The notes under the pieces: model-generated
The model's database searches: none
What the model saw: the letters and a program-made list of their open reading frames with translations, nothing else
Told to the model about the DNA's origin: nothing
Part shown: positions 23,427-35,250 of the stretch, one piece after another
How the letters are laid out: each line of letters begins with the position of its first letter
Position numbering within the stretch: position 1 is the stretch's first letter
Assembly: GCA_963811165.1 (NCBI GenBank)
Contig: CAWEQH010000001.1
Location: 160,001-224,000, forward strand
Length of the DNA: 64,000 nt
From: an uncultured Nitrospiraceae bacterium
Lineage (GTDB): Bacteria > Nitrospirota > Thermodesulfovibrionia > Thermodesulfovibrionales > UBA6898
Direction of reading: 5' to 3'
Program-made: the position numbers and the translations under genes

Positions 23427-25219
23427 ATGAACATGACTGCTAAAAATGAAAAACTGAAAAGCTGGATCAAAGAAGTCGCCGACATGTGCCAGCCTGACAG
23501 TATCTATTGGTGTAATGGAACTAAAGAAGAGTATGACCAGATGATGGCAAAGATGATTGCAGCCGGCAGCGCAACTGTGCTGAGGAAACGCTCCGGACAG
23601 TTTTCTTTTCCGTTCAGATCCGAGCGATGTAGCCCGCGTCGAGGACCGCACATTTATCAGTACTTCATCAAGAGATAATGCAGGGCCTACCAATAATTGG
23701 TTGGCCCCGGATGAACTCAAAAATACAATGAAGGGTCTTTATAGAGGATGTATGAAGGGCCGTACGATGTATGTGATCCCTTTTTCGATGGGGCCTATCG
23801 GCTTCTCCTATTTCGAAGATAGGCATTGAAGTGACGGACAGCCCGTACGTTGTATGCAACATGCATATGATGACCCGTGTGAGCTCCAGGATTTTGGAAA
23901 TGCTTTCTACGGATGGAGAATTTGTTCCCTGCCTGCATTCCGTCGGCGCTCCGCTGGCCGTGGGCGAGAAGGATGTGCCATGGCCGTGTGCTCCGATAGA
24001 AAAGCAAGTACATTAGTCATTTTCCCGAAGAGAACCTGATATGGTCTTATCGGTTCCGGATACGGCGGGAATGCCCTGCTGGGGAAGAAATGTCTGGCCC
24101 TGCGTATCGCTTCTGCTATGGCAAGGCGTGAAGGCTGGATGGCTGAACATATGCTTATTCTTCGTCTGACCAATCCCGAAGGGAAACAGTACCACATCGC
24201 CGCCGCCTTTCCGTCAGCCTGCGGAAAAACCAATCTGGCAATGATGCGTCCTACCATTCCCGGCTGGAAATGTGAATGCATCGGCGATGATATTGCCTGG
24301 ATGAAGATCGGGTCTGATGGACGACTTTATGCGATCAATCCGGAAAATGGTTTTTTCGGTGTCGCGCCCGGGACATCCTATGATACCAATCCTATGGCAA
24401 TGGAAACAGTGAAGGAAAATGTTATTTTTACCAACTGCGCCCTCACTGACGAGGGAGATGTCTGGTGGGAAGGTATGACTGATGAAGTGCCCGCACATCT
24501 CATTGACTGGAAGGGACGCGACTGGACCCCTACGCGCAAGGAAGAGGCCGCACATCCTAATGCCAGATTCACCGCCCCTGCGTCCCAGTGCCCTGTGATC
24601 TGCAAGGACTGGGAAGATCCTTCCGGCGTTCCCATTGATATTTTTATATTCGGCGGGCGGCGCAGCTGTGTAGTTCCCTCTGGTTTATGAGGCCTATAAC
24701 TGGGACCACGGCGTTTTTCTCGGTGCAACTGCCGCCTCGGAGACTACTTCCGCAAATATCGGGGCTGTGGGTAATCTGCGGCGGGATCCTTTCGCAATGA
24801 AGCCTTTTTGCGGCTACAATATGGGAGACTATTTCAGGCATTGGCTGGACATGGGAGATAGGCTTGGAGATAAGGCCCCAAGAATCTTTTATGTAAACTG
24901 GTTTCGCAAGAGCCAGGATGGCATGTTTTTATGGCCTGGGTTCAGCGACAACAGCAGGGTGTTGAAGTGGATGTGTGAGCGAATTGAGGGCAAGGTCAAA
25001 GCCAAAAAAACACCGATAGGCTTAATGCCTGATGATGGTGACTCTGGACCTTCCGGCCTCGAAATATCCAACGAAAACATGAAGGAGCTGATGAGCGTTG
25101 ACAACGGGGAATGGTACGCTGAAATACCCGACATCAAAAGGCACTTTGCGGAATTCGGAGACCGTTTGCCGGAAAGGCTTGGCCGCCAACTTCAGGAACT
25201 GAAAAAGCGTCTTGGATAA
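23427..25219 (+). CDS. pckG: GTP-dependent PEP carboxykinase, broken by several indels
   Basis: [48 protein letters not shown]. Confidence 0.93.
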
Positions 25220-25286
25220 ATACGCAGATTTTTCAGAGACCGGGCAATTCGTGTTCGAAATAACTAATTCTTAGACGAACAATGTA

Positions 25287-25361
25287 ACCACAGAGACACG
25301 GAGAACGCGGAGTACCCTGTGCAAGACAAGAATTTTTCTGATGCGTGGGTGTCTCGGCGGT
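25287..25361. repeat. Imperfect palindromic intergenic element (ACCACAGAGACACGGAGAACGCGGAG type)
   Basis: Arms ACCACAGAGACAC / GTGTCTCGGCGGT, 11 of 13 complementary. Confidence 0.45.
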
Positions 25362-25388
25362 CTGCATTTTTCACATCGACCAAATTGA

Positions 25389-27155
25389 ATGGAAAAGTTA
25401 AGACCCAGGAAAACATTAGTTAACGTTTTGCGTGTGGTGTATGCCCACATGAAAAGCACCGACGGAGGCGATCTGTATCTCACGCGGTTTGCCGAACCTT
25501 ACCTGGAGCATTTTCAGGTCGACAACTGGTATGAAAAAACGTGGTTCAATGCGCACAAGGTCAGACTGATAGGGACAAGTTCTGTATACAAAGTACCCAC
25601 CAAGGAGATTAATGGAAAGAGGCTTGATCTTGTGGTAAAAAACTGCAGGGTTGGAGAAGATGTTCCTATAGAGACCCATACGTTACAAGAGTTTTGTGAC
25701 GCTGAGTTCAACAGCCCCTGGGAGGAATTTTCTTTGGTCATGGAAATGAAGGAAGGCTCCTATGGTCCAAAGGAGATGAAGGTTAAGACCCAACGTCCTC
25801 TGGCCATCTACGTTCCCCCGGAAAGGATGCAACCGTGGCAGAGCGGAAGGTCCCGCTCGAAGATAAATAGGATACACGCAAAACATCCGGGCATTGACCT
25901 GGACATACTGAAGCAATACAAGCTGATTTACGAGTGGATAGAGGGGAAAACCATTGCGGAAGTGTTCGAACACATTGATATCAACGATGATGAAATTGTG
26001 AAACATCTTAAGGTGATCAATTACAAAGTCCTCTCGGATCTTGGCAAAAAAGGATATCTGGTTGCCGATATGAAACCGGAACATATTATTATCAGTGATG
26101 CCGATACCATGCTGGTTGAAGAGATCGGCCGCTCTGAAGATAGCACCGATACGCCCGGGACGCAGGTTGCCTTTTTATATCAACTGATCAACGAAGGTAA
26201 ATACTCGGTAATTGACTATGAACTTCTCCTGCGGACCGCCGAGCATGAAAGCGAGGTCAAAGAGTCCAGAAGGCATTCGTATCTGGATGATCAACGCGAC
26301 CGGTTCAATCCTACTTCGCTGCCGGCCCATTTGACGAGGATGGAGATAATGGGAGTGCCTTACATATATGGGCATGCGGAAAGCACCGGCGGCCGATTAT
26401 GGGTGGTAGGAAGGAATGCACGTTTGTTTGATTATTTTCTCCCGGAGAGATGGAGGAAGACCCCTTCCCTGAGGTTGTCCGATTCAAAGGAAGTATTTTA
26501 TACGATAACGAAGGACAACATACACCTGGTATGGGAAACTTCGCGCGTGGGCGAATTCCCCGATGAGAAAGACGGTGGCAGCGACGATCCCAAGATCCGT
26601 GAGTATGGCATGAACAGTCCTTTTGAAGAGTTTGCCATTGCCCATATGCTGAATGAACTCGGGATACCGACGGTCTATGTAAGGGCCATATATATGACAG
26701 GCACTGAAAAGATAGAATATTCAATCGATGTGAGAAGGTATGAATCGCATAAGCATATCCTTGATCCGGAGGGTAATCCTATTCTTCAGGAGAAGCATAA
26801 CTACATTACGATTCGGGGTTATTATAATGGCCCTGATCATTCGGTCGCCGAACAGGGTCCCCTCTATACGCCGGTAGATCTTTCCAGGGCCGTCTATCAG
26901 GGGATAATCGATGAATCCAGGTGCCGGCTGTTTCTAAACAGGGTAAAAGAGAAGTTAAAGAAGGCCGGCTATGACGGGTCTTTATTAAAGGCAAACGACA
27001 TGTTACTGGCTGTTGACAGTGACGGAAGGATTATGAATAATAGTTTCGGCGAACCGGAAGTCATCCTATGTAATTTCGAACTTGTCTGGAAGATGCCCGA
27101 TTCCGCCGGATCCCCCCAGTGCGCCTGTCATTGCGAAGATATAAAGGAACGTTGA
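25389..27155 (+). CDS. Hypothetical protein with two tandem protein-kinase-like domains
   Basis: LVVK, ADMKPEH, IDYE; internal duplication RVGE..NSP[WF]EEF..AIY. Confidence 0.65.
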   Translation: MEKLRPRKTLVNVLRVVYAHMKSTDGGDLYLTRFAEPYLEHFQVDNWYEKTWFNAHKVRLIGTSSVYKVPTKEINGKRLDLVVKNCRVGEDVPIETHTLQEFCDAEFNSPWEEFSLVMEMKEGSYGPKEMKVKTQRPLAIYVPPERMQPWQSGRSRSKINRIHAKHPGIDLDILKQYKLIYEWIEGKTIAEVFEHIDINDDEIVKHLKVINYKVLSDLGKKGYLVADMKPEHIIISDADTMLVEEIGRSEDSTDTPGTQVAFLYQLINEGKYSVIDYELLLRTAEHESEVKESRRHSYLDDQRDRFNPTSLPAHLTRMEIMGVPYIYGHAESTGGRLWVVGRNARLFDYFLPERWRKTPSLRLSDSKEVFYTITKDNIHLVWETSRVGEFPDEKDGGSDDPKIREYGMNSPFEEFAIAHMLNELGIPTVYVRAIYMTGTEKIEYSIDVRRYESHKHILDPEGNPILQEKHNYITIRGYYNGPDHSVAEQGPLYTPVDLSRAVYQGIIDESRCRLFLNRVKEKLKKAGYDGSLLKANDMLLAVDSDGRIMNNSFGEPEVILCNFELVWKMPDSAGSPQCACHCEDIKER

Positions 27156-27201
27156 CCTGGATCGCCCTGGTTATCTGAGAGATGTTTGAAGGATAAGATA
27201 T

Positions 27202-27870
27202 TTGGAAAACGCCGACACCATAAGACATTTACTGATATCTGCGCTGCCTATCTTGATAGCGATAACTTTTCATGAGGTTTCGCATGGGTTTGTGGCGTAT
27301 AAGCTCGGAGACCCCACCGCCAAGATGCTTGGCAGGCTAACGCTTAATCCTCTTGTGCATATCGATATTTTCGGGACGATCATACTGCCCATAATGCTGA
27401 TTGTCTTGACTGACGGACGTTTTGTCTTCGGATACGCAAAACCTGTTCCCATAAATCCGATGAACTTCAAAAATCCCAGAAAGGACATGGCGATATCAGC
27501 TGCAGCCGGACCTGTCACGAACATTTTGCTGGCTGTCCTCAGTTTCTTAATATGGAAGATGGTGTTGACGCCTTTGGCTGGAGTTTCTCCTGAAGCGGTC
27601 GCCGATAAAGTGCTCAGGCCGCTCACTCTAATATTTCAGGCAGGCATTGTTATAAACGTTGTCCTCGCATCGTTTAACATGATCCCGATACCTCCGTTGG
27701 ATGGAGGAAGGGTGTTGACAGGCCTCCTTCCTTACAAACAGGCTGCTACATTCAGCAGGATAGAGCCTTTCGGGTTCATAATCGTGCTTATTCTCATTTA
27801 TAGCGGAATGGCAAATTACATCATTATGCCTTTTATTGTGTTTTTTCTAAAATTATTTCAAATTTATTAA
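27202..27870 (+). CDS. Site-2 (M50) intramembrane protease
   Basis: HEVSHG, AAGPVTN, FNMIPIPPLDG. Confidence 0.92.
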   Translation: MENADTIRHLLISALPILIAITFHEVSHGFVAYKLGDPTAKMLGRLTLNPLVHIDIFGTIILPIMLIVLTDGRFVFGYAKPVPINPMNFKNPRKDMAISAAAGPVTNILLAVLSFLIWKMVLTPLAGVSPEAVADKVLRPLTLIFQAGIVINVVLASFNMIPIPPLDGGRVLTGLLPYKQAATFSRIEPFGFIIVLILIYSGMANYIIMPFIVFFLKLFQIY

Positions 27871-27878
27871 GGAAGGCT

Positions 27879-28865
27879 ATGGCAAAAGAACGGGTATTAA
27901 GCGGCATGCAGGCAAGCGGCAGGGTCCACTTGGGAAATCTTGTCGGAGCTCTTCAAAACTGGGTAAGACTACAAGACAGATACGATTGCTATTATTTCGT
28001 CGCCGACTGGCACGCCCTTACGACGGGTTATGCCAACCCTGCCGCTATTCGCGAGTCTGTAACGGATTTGCTGGTCAACTTCCTGGCCGTCGGTCTTGAT
28101 CCTGAGAAATGCACCATATTTACGCAGTCACGGATTCTTGAGCATGCGGAGTTGCATCTTCTCTTATCGATGATAACCCCTCTGGGCTGGCTCGAACGGG
28201 TTCCCACGTATAAGGAAAAGCAGCAGGAACTGAAGGACAGAGACCTTGCCACATATGGGTTCCTCGGCTATCCGCTCCTTCAGACGGCAGACATCATCAT
28301 CTACAGGGCAAAGCATGTTCCTGTCGGCGTAGATCAGGTGCCCCACCTTGAGATCTCGAGAGAAATCGCACGGAGGTTCAACAACCTTTATGGTGAGGTC
28401 TTCCCCGAGCCCGAGGCCCTGCTGACGGAATTTCCTAAGGTCCCTGGGGTAGACGGCAGAAAGATGTCCAAGAGTTACGATAATGCGATATATCTTTCGG
28501 ACAGTCCAAAGGAGGTCGAACATAAGATCAAAACAATGGCCACTGACCCCGCAAGGATCAGACGCACCGACCGCGGAAATCCGGATCTCTCCCCGGTCCA
28601 TCAGCTGCATAAGATCTTCTCCACAAAGGAAGAGCAGGGCTATGTTGCGGAAGGCTGTCGCACCGCTGGTATTGGCTGCATCGACTGCAAGAAGATACTC
28701 ATCAAAAACGTTTTCAAGGTGCTTGAACCTATATGGGCAAAAAGAGACGAACTTATCAAAAACCCCGATATCCTCCATGAAATAGTTAATAAAGGGAACG
28801 ATAAGGCGAGAAAAGTCTGCCAGGAGACGATGGCCCTTGTGCGAAAAGCCATGGGATTTTACTAA
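27879..28865 (+). CDS. trpS: Tryptophan--tRNA ligase
   Basis: HLGN, VPVGVDQVPH, KMSKS. Confidence 0.96.
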   Translation: MAKERVLSGMQASGRVHLGNLVGALQNWVRLQDRYDCYYFVADWHALTTGYANPAAIRESVTDLLVNFLAVGLDPEKCTIFTQSRILEHAELHLLLSMITPLGWLERVPTYKEKQQELKDRDLATYGFLGYPLLQTADIIIYRAKHVPVGVDQVPHLEISREIARRFNNLYGEVFPEPEALLTEFPKVPGVDGRKMSKSYDNAIYLSDSPKEVEHKIKTMATDPARIRRTDRGNPDLSPVHQLHKIFSTKEEQGYVAEGCRTAGIGCIDCKKILIKNVFKVLEPIWAKRDELIKNPDILHEIVNKGNDKARKVCQETMALVRKAMGFY

Positions 28866-28881
28866 AGAGATTTATCATAGC

Positions 28882-29121
28882 CTATAAAGCCACTCTTTGC
28901 TTCCTGAAGTCTTCCCTTTTCTTGGCTGTCTTCACTTCCAGTGAATCCGCCGGAGAAACATTTATCTCCGCTTCCAGTATTTTCTTTACTAAATCAAGTT
29001 CCGCATATTCCTTTCTTATTATCTCCCATGCTTGAAGAGTCCTAATGGCATCCCGGAAAAACATTCTTTCTGTTAATGAAAGTTCGAGCGCCTGCATCTT
29101 CCAGAATTTGGCGAATCTCAT
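28882..29121 (-). CDS. Hypothetical protein
   Basis: 79-aa ORF with a G-rich RBS filling the trpS-serS gap. Confidence 0.5.
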   Translation of the reverse strand: MRFAKFWKMQALELSLTERMFFRDAIRTLQAWEIIRKEYAELDLVKKILEAEINVSPADSLEVKTAKKREDFRKQRVAL

Positions 29122-29239
29122 ACTTCCCCCCCTTTTCGATTATGAAACACTCTCTTCAGACTATCCTATTAGTCATGCATATTCCGTAATCCGTATCACA
29201 TAATCGAGCAGTTGCCTTGAGCCGGCGACAATTCAATAA

Positions 29240-30643
<1,404 letters not shown>

Positions 30644-30651
30644 GTGTGCAA

Positions 30652-30831
30652 ATGGAAGACTCTCACGAAAAGTTGGTAAAGACCTCTATTTACCTTGAAG
30701 AAGAGGTCAAAGAGGCCCTCGAGGAAGCTGCACGGGAACTAGCGAAAGAGACCGGAAAGAAGTGGTCGCAGGGAGCGGTTATCAGATTGGCGTTGAGCGA
30801 TTTTTTTACTAGACGGGGCAGGCTTCTTTGA
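30652..30831 (+). CDS. Small ribbon-helix-helix-like protein
   Basis: KTSIYL..L..S.GAVIR.AL pattern; overlaps the nagA start. Confidence 0.55.
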   Translation: MEDSHEKLVKTSIYLEEEVKEALEEAARELAKETGKKWSQGAVIRLALSDFFTRRGRLL

Positions 30832-31682
30832 CCCTTCAGGGGTTTGTTGATCTTCACATCCACGGGACAGATAAATTCGATACCCGCACGGGGGAGCCCT
30901 CCCACATCAGAAAAATTGCTGAAATACACGGACGTGCGGGCACCGGAGCTATTTTACCGACCATCTATCCAGCATCTCTCCCTGAGATGAGAAAGAACAT
31001 GCAAGCAGTCAGGAAGGCTATCGGGATGCATAAGGGGGATGATAACGCAGCGCGCATTCTCGGAGTCCATCTCGAAGGGCCGTTTCTAAACCCGTCAAGA
31101 TGCGGTGCGCTCGATAAAGGTTCTTTTATAAAGCCTTCGATTTCATCTTTCAGGAAATTGCTGTCGGGATTTGAAGATATGGTTAAGATAATGACTATTG
31201 CCCCCGAAATTCCTGGAGCACTGAAGGTAATTGCGCGCTGCCGGGAATTGGGTATAAAGGTGAATATGGGTCATTCGGATGCCACTTACGAGGAAGCTAT
31301 CAGGGGCAAGAATGCGGGAGCAACTGGAATTACTCACCTTTTTAATGCCATGAGGCCTTTTCATCAGAGAGAGCCGGGACTTGTGGGTCTGGGACTTATC
31401 GATGAAGATTTATATATTGAAGTCATTGCGGACGGCTTTCACCTTCATCCTATCACCTTGGAATTGATATTTAACAGAAAATGCCTCAATAAGATTATTA
31501 TTGTGTCGGACTCGGTTAAGGGCGCTAAAAGAGCTCATCCTACGGTTAAAAAAGGCATTTTGGCCGGCAGCGGAATAACTCTCGTGGACTCATTCAGGGT
31601 TCTTAAGAATATCGGCGTTCCGAAACCTCAGATTGACAAGACGGCGATAGACAACCCCAAAAGATATCTTGCCTTACAATAA
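30828..31682 (+). CDS. nagA: N-acetylglucosamine-6-phosphate deacetylase (short form)
   Basis: DLHIHG, HLEGPF, GHSDA, THLFNAM, IADGFH. Confidence 0.85.
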   Translation: MTLQGFVDLHIHGTDKFDTRTGEPSHIRKIAEIHGRAGTGAILPTIYPASLPEMRKNMQAVRKAIGMHKGDDNAARILGVHLEGPFLNPSRCGALDKGSFIKPSISSFRKLLSGFEDMVKIMTIAPEIPGALKVIARCRELGIKVNMGHSDATYEEAIRGKNAGATGITHLFNAMRPFHQREPGLVGLGLIDEDLYIEVIADGFHLHPITLELIFNRKCLNKIIIVSDSVKGAKRAHPTVKKGILAGSGITLVDSFRVLKNIGVPKPQIDKTAIDNPKRYLALQ

Positions 31683-31846
31683 TTCCGTTTCTTTTTCGCT
31701 GTAGGACAAATACTTACAGGGCAGATGGAATATCTGCTACAAAAAAATCAGATTTATACTGATATTTTTATATTTTTTACCGCGGTATCTTACTAGAAGA
31801 GCGATGAATGATGGGTTATTCATGATCGCATGAAAGGAGAAGGATT

Positions 31847-32254
31847 ATGCCGAGTTGTCAGGTGAGGACGATTTTGAGGGGTATTCCGACGCTTTACCGA
31901 GTGGACCCAGCCCCGGTCAAAATAGCCCAGCAGAGTGAGAAAAAGAGAAATGGCTCAAAAAAGAACCCTAAGATTGTTCACGGGAAAAAGCTTGCTGCCC
32001 TGGCAGAAGCAATAATAATGCAGTCACTGGAAGATCTCTGGAGCAAGACTCAAAAAAATAAAAGCCTTGCTTTTTTCACTGGTGAAGGCTTTCATATTTG
32101 TGCCGAGATGGCAGGCATGAAGGTTATGGACAGAATTAGGCTTTTCAGTCTGCTAAGAGGATTAGATCGAAGGACGTTCGATTCGAGACATTCAAAGAAG
32201 GTCAAGCTCGTCATAAAAAAGAAAATTAACGAGAGAAATTTGGGGATAGCCTGA
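31847..32254 (+). CDS. Hypothetical protein
   Basis: AGGAG RBS; 135-aa ORF. Confidence 0.55.
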   Translation: MPSCQVRTILRGIPTLYRVDPAPVKIAQQSEKKRNGSKKNPKIVHGKKLAALAEAIIMQSLEDLWSKTQKNKSLAFFTGEGFHICAEMAGMKVMDRIRLFSLLRGLDRRTFDSRHSKKVKLVIKKKINERNLGIA

Positions 32255-32562
32255 CATCGGGGAAAACCAGGACAAAATAATTGTATATGCTTATGATGGC
32301 GCTGCATTTTTATGTAGAAAGGTTGTCTTTTTTACATAGGAAGACCCGAAATATTATCCAATAATTCCGCACATTTTTTTGATTTACATAGCCCTCCACT
32401 TTCGTCAAACGCTTGTTATAATAAGCTTTTCAAGACAGGACGTGTGATATTATAATCCAAGCTGTGAGTCCGCCTTTGAAATGCCGGCAGCAGTCTTTTA
32501 ACAATGGAGGAAATTCCTAGCGTTGCTGAAGTTGCTTATTGGTAACAAGGAAGAATATTTTT

Positions 32563-33390
32563 ATGTCTGAATTAGAAAACTTGAAGGATGGACATATCGA
32601 ATCCGGCGATCTATCTACTCGCGCCATAATTGCGGGCCTCAGAAGTGATTTTTGGAAAAAGATTATCTGTTATAGGGCCGTCGATTCGACGAATGAATGT
32701 GCACTGTCGCTTTCCCTGAAATCTCCCGAATCGCGTACCGTCATCATTGCAGACTCCCAGACAAAGGGAAGGGGCAGACTGGGGCGAGTATGGGTTTCAC
32801 CCCCCGGGCGCAATATTTATATGAGTGCAGTACTTATTCCCGAGATAGAGCCCAGGGATGCGACTTTCTTGACCGTTGCCGCCGTGCTTGCATGTGCCTC
32901 TGCACTCAGAAATAAAACCGGTATTATTGCGAACATAAAATGGCCCAATGATCTTATGGCGAGAGGCAAAAAAATCGGCGGCATCTTGACTGAGCTAAGG
33001 TCAGGACATGATAAGATCAATTTCGCTGTCATGGGCATAGGCATCAATGTAAATACCGGCGGCAAAGATTTTCCGAAGGAGCTGGAAGATATCGCTACTT
33101 CGGTCAAGGAAGAGACGGGCAAATATTATTCTAGAAGCGGAATCATTGCCGAGGTCCTGAATGAATTGGCGCAATGGTACGAGAAATTAATATATGAGGG
33201 TGGATTTTCGCTTTTAGAGGAATGGAGGAAACTTTCTTCTACTATCGGAAAGAGAGTTAGAATTGCTCTTTGTACAGAGGTCCTTTCAGGGCTTGCCGAA
33301 GGAATAGACGAGGGAGGGATGCTGGTGCTGAAACTGGCATCGGGGGAAAGAAGGAGAATCAGCGCTGGAGATTTGACGGAACTGAGATGA
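32563..33390 (+). CDS. birA: Biotin protein ligase (no N-terminal HTH)
   Basis: DSTN, QTKGRGRLGRVW, KWPND, KIGGIL, GIGIN. Confidence 0.93.
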   Translation: MSELENLKDGHIESGDLSTRAIIAGLRSDFWKKIICYRAVDSTNECALSLSLKSPESRTVIIADSQTKGRGRLGRVWVSPPGRNIYMSAVLIPEIEPRDATFLTVAAVLACASALRNKTGIIANIKWPNDLMARGKKIGGILTELRSGHDKINFAVMGIGINVNTGGKDFPKELEDIATSVKEETGKYYSRSGIIAEVLNELAQWYEKLIYEGGFSLLEEWRKLSSTIGKRVRIALCTEVLSGLAEGIDEGGMLVLKLASGERRRISAGDLTELR

Positions 33391-33481
33391 AGAAGGTTTT
33401 ATTTTCCTGAAATTTTAGATTAAAATGAGGCGGAGACTTTTTTCTCAATTATATTCTTTATTTATTAACAAAAAGGGTTAA

Positions 33482-34255
33482 ATGCTTATCACCATTGACA
33501 TCGGTAACTCATCGATAAATATAGGGTATTTTACTAGCAGGGGTCTACTTGTTCAAAGGATTGATACGCATCCTTTAAAGGATTCAGAGGAATATCTGTT
33601 TGCAATTTGCAATTTCTTGCAACAAAATCGTGTAGAAAAAAATAGTGCCGGAGGTATAATATCTTCTGTAGTTCCGAGCCACACGTCTGTTTTTTTTGAA
33701 GTTCTCGGAAGGCTCCCCTGTGCTCAAAAGGAGACCTTATTGGTCGTCAGCCAAGAGATGCACTTAGGGTTGAAGTTTAAGGTGAATGTACCTGAGAGCG
33801 TAGGTACCGACCGAATCGTAAATGCAGTAGCAGCAAGGGAGTTCTTTGGAACCCCGGTTGCAATTGTGGATTTTGGAACGGCAACGACGATATCAGTCGT
33901 CGGCCGGGAAGGCGACTTTGTGGGCGGCTCGATCTTACCGGGGCTGAGATTGATGAACAGCTCTCTTGAAACGGGCACTTCTCAATTGAAGGGGGTTTTA
34001 TTGGAGGCCCCTACTCGGGTAATTGGAGTTGATACCGCGGGATGTATTCGCTCAGGGTTATTTTACGGAACAGCTGGGGCTTGTGAAAGGATTCTGGATG
34101 AGATAGAAAAGGAGACTGGTTTCGGTTTGAAGGTAGTCCTGACAGGGGGTTATGCCCCCGTTGTGGCAGGGTTTCTGAAGAGGATTCATGAAATTAACTT
34201 AAATCTGACACTTGAAGGATTAAGAATACTTTATGGAAAAAACAGACCTTCATGA
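33482..34255 (+). CDS. coaX: Type III pantothenate kinase
   Basis: IDIGNS, SSVVP, GTDR, DFGTATT. Confidence 0.92.
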   Translation: MLITIDIGNSSINIGYFTSRGLLVQRIDTHPLKDSEEYLFAICNFLQQNRVEKNSAGGIISSVVPSHTSVFFEVLGRLPCAQKETLLVVSQEMHLGLKFKVNVPESVGTDRIVNAVAAREFFGTPVAIVDFGTATTISVVGREGDFVGGSILPGLRLMNSSLETGTSQLKGVLLEAPTRVIGVDTAGCIRSGLFYGTAGACERILDEIEKETGFGLKVVLTGGYAPVVAGFLKRIHEINLNLTLEGLRILYGKNRPS

Positions 34256-35249
34256 GTTGAGGAAAGACCCGTTACTAGGCCGATGGGTCGCCGTACTCAG
34301 TCGTCCTAAGGCTCCGTCGGATTACGTTATTTCTCCTGGTACAGACAACGAAGACAGTTGTATTCTCTGTGCAGGAAGGGAAAAAGAGACGTCAGTCGAG
34401 ATAATGTCATTACCAGGTGGAAATGGAAGCAAGGCATGGGCTACCAGGGTTATTCCGAATTTCACCCCTGTTTTTCGGGTCGAGGGAGAACTCTCAAGGA
34501 GAGGGGATGGCATGTACGACAAAATGAACGGCATCGGCGCTAATGAGATAATCATAGAATCACCTGAGCATTCAGTAAGACCCGAAGATAAGGGTCTTGA
34601 CCAAATGATAAAAGTAATCAGGACGTACAGAGATAGAATGGTCGATCTCGAAAAAGATCCCCGCCTGAGATATACGCTCATTTATAAGAATTCAGGAAAG
34701 GAAGCTGGTGCCATTTTTTCCCATCCTTTGTCCCATCTGGCCTCAACACCCGTTATCCCTAAAAGGGTTAAGGAAGAACTTGACGGTGCAAAAGAGTATT
34801 TTGCCTATAAGGAAAGGTGTATATTTTGCGATATCGTACGGGAAGAGCTCAGAGTAGGCAGCAGGGTGATCCTTGAGACGAAACATTTTATTTCCTTTTG
34901 CCCCTATGCGTCAAAATTTCCGTTTGAGTCCTGGATAGTTCCGAAGAGACATTGTTGTGCTTTCCAGGACATCGACACGGTAGAGGTTGAGGACATGGCG
35001 CTTATACTCTCTTCTATTCTGAAAAAATTACGGGCTGCTTTCCCCGGACTTGCCTTTAATTACTTTATACATTCCGCTCCTAACAGAATACCGAGAAAGG
35101 ACCATTGGCATACGCTCGGAGAGGACTTCCATTGGCATATGGAAATTATGCCGAGACTCATGAGGACAAGCGGATTTGAATGGGGCTCGGGCTTTTATAT
35201 ATTGCCCACATCACCGGAAGACGCCTCAAAATACCTTAGGGAGGTCTGA
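34233..35249 (+). CDS. GalT-family (HIT-like) nucleotidyltransferase homolog with a degenerate active site
   Basis: ELRKDP, CIFCDI, FHWHMEIMPR, GFEWGSG; HPH replaced by HPL. Confidence 0.8.
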   Translation: MEKTDLHELRKDPLLGRWVAVLSRPKAPSDYVISPGTDNEDSCILCAGREKETSVEIMSLPGGNGSKAWATRVIPNFTPVFRVEGELSRRGDGMYDKMNGIGANEIIIESPEHSVRPEDKGLDQMIKVIRTYRDRMVDLEKDPRLRYTLIYKNSGKEAGAIFSHPLSHLASTPVIPKRVKEELDGAKEYFAYKERCIFCDIVREELRVGSRVILETKHFISFCPYASKFPFESWIVPKRHCCAFQDIDTVEVEDMALILSSILKKLRAAFPGLAFNYFIHSAPNRIPRKDHWHTLGEDFHWHMEIMPRLMRTSGFEWGSGFYILPTSPEDASKYLREV

Positions 35250-35250
35250 A

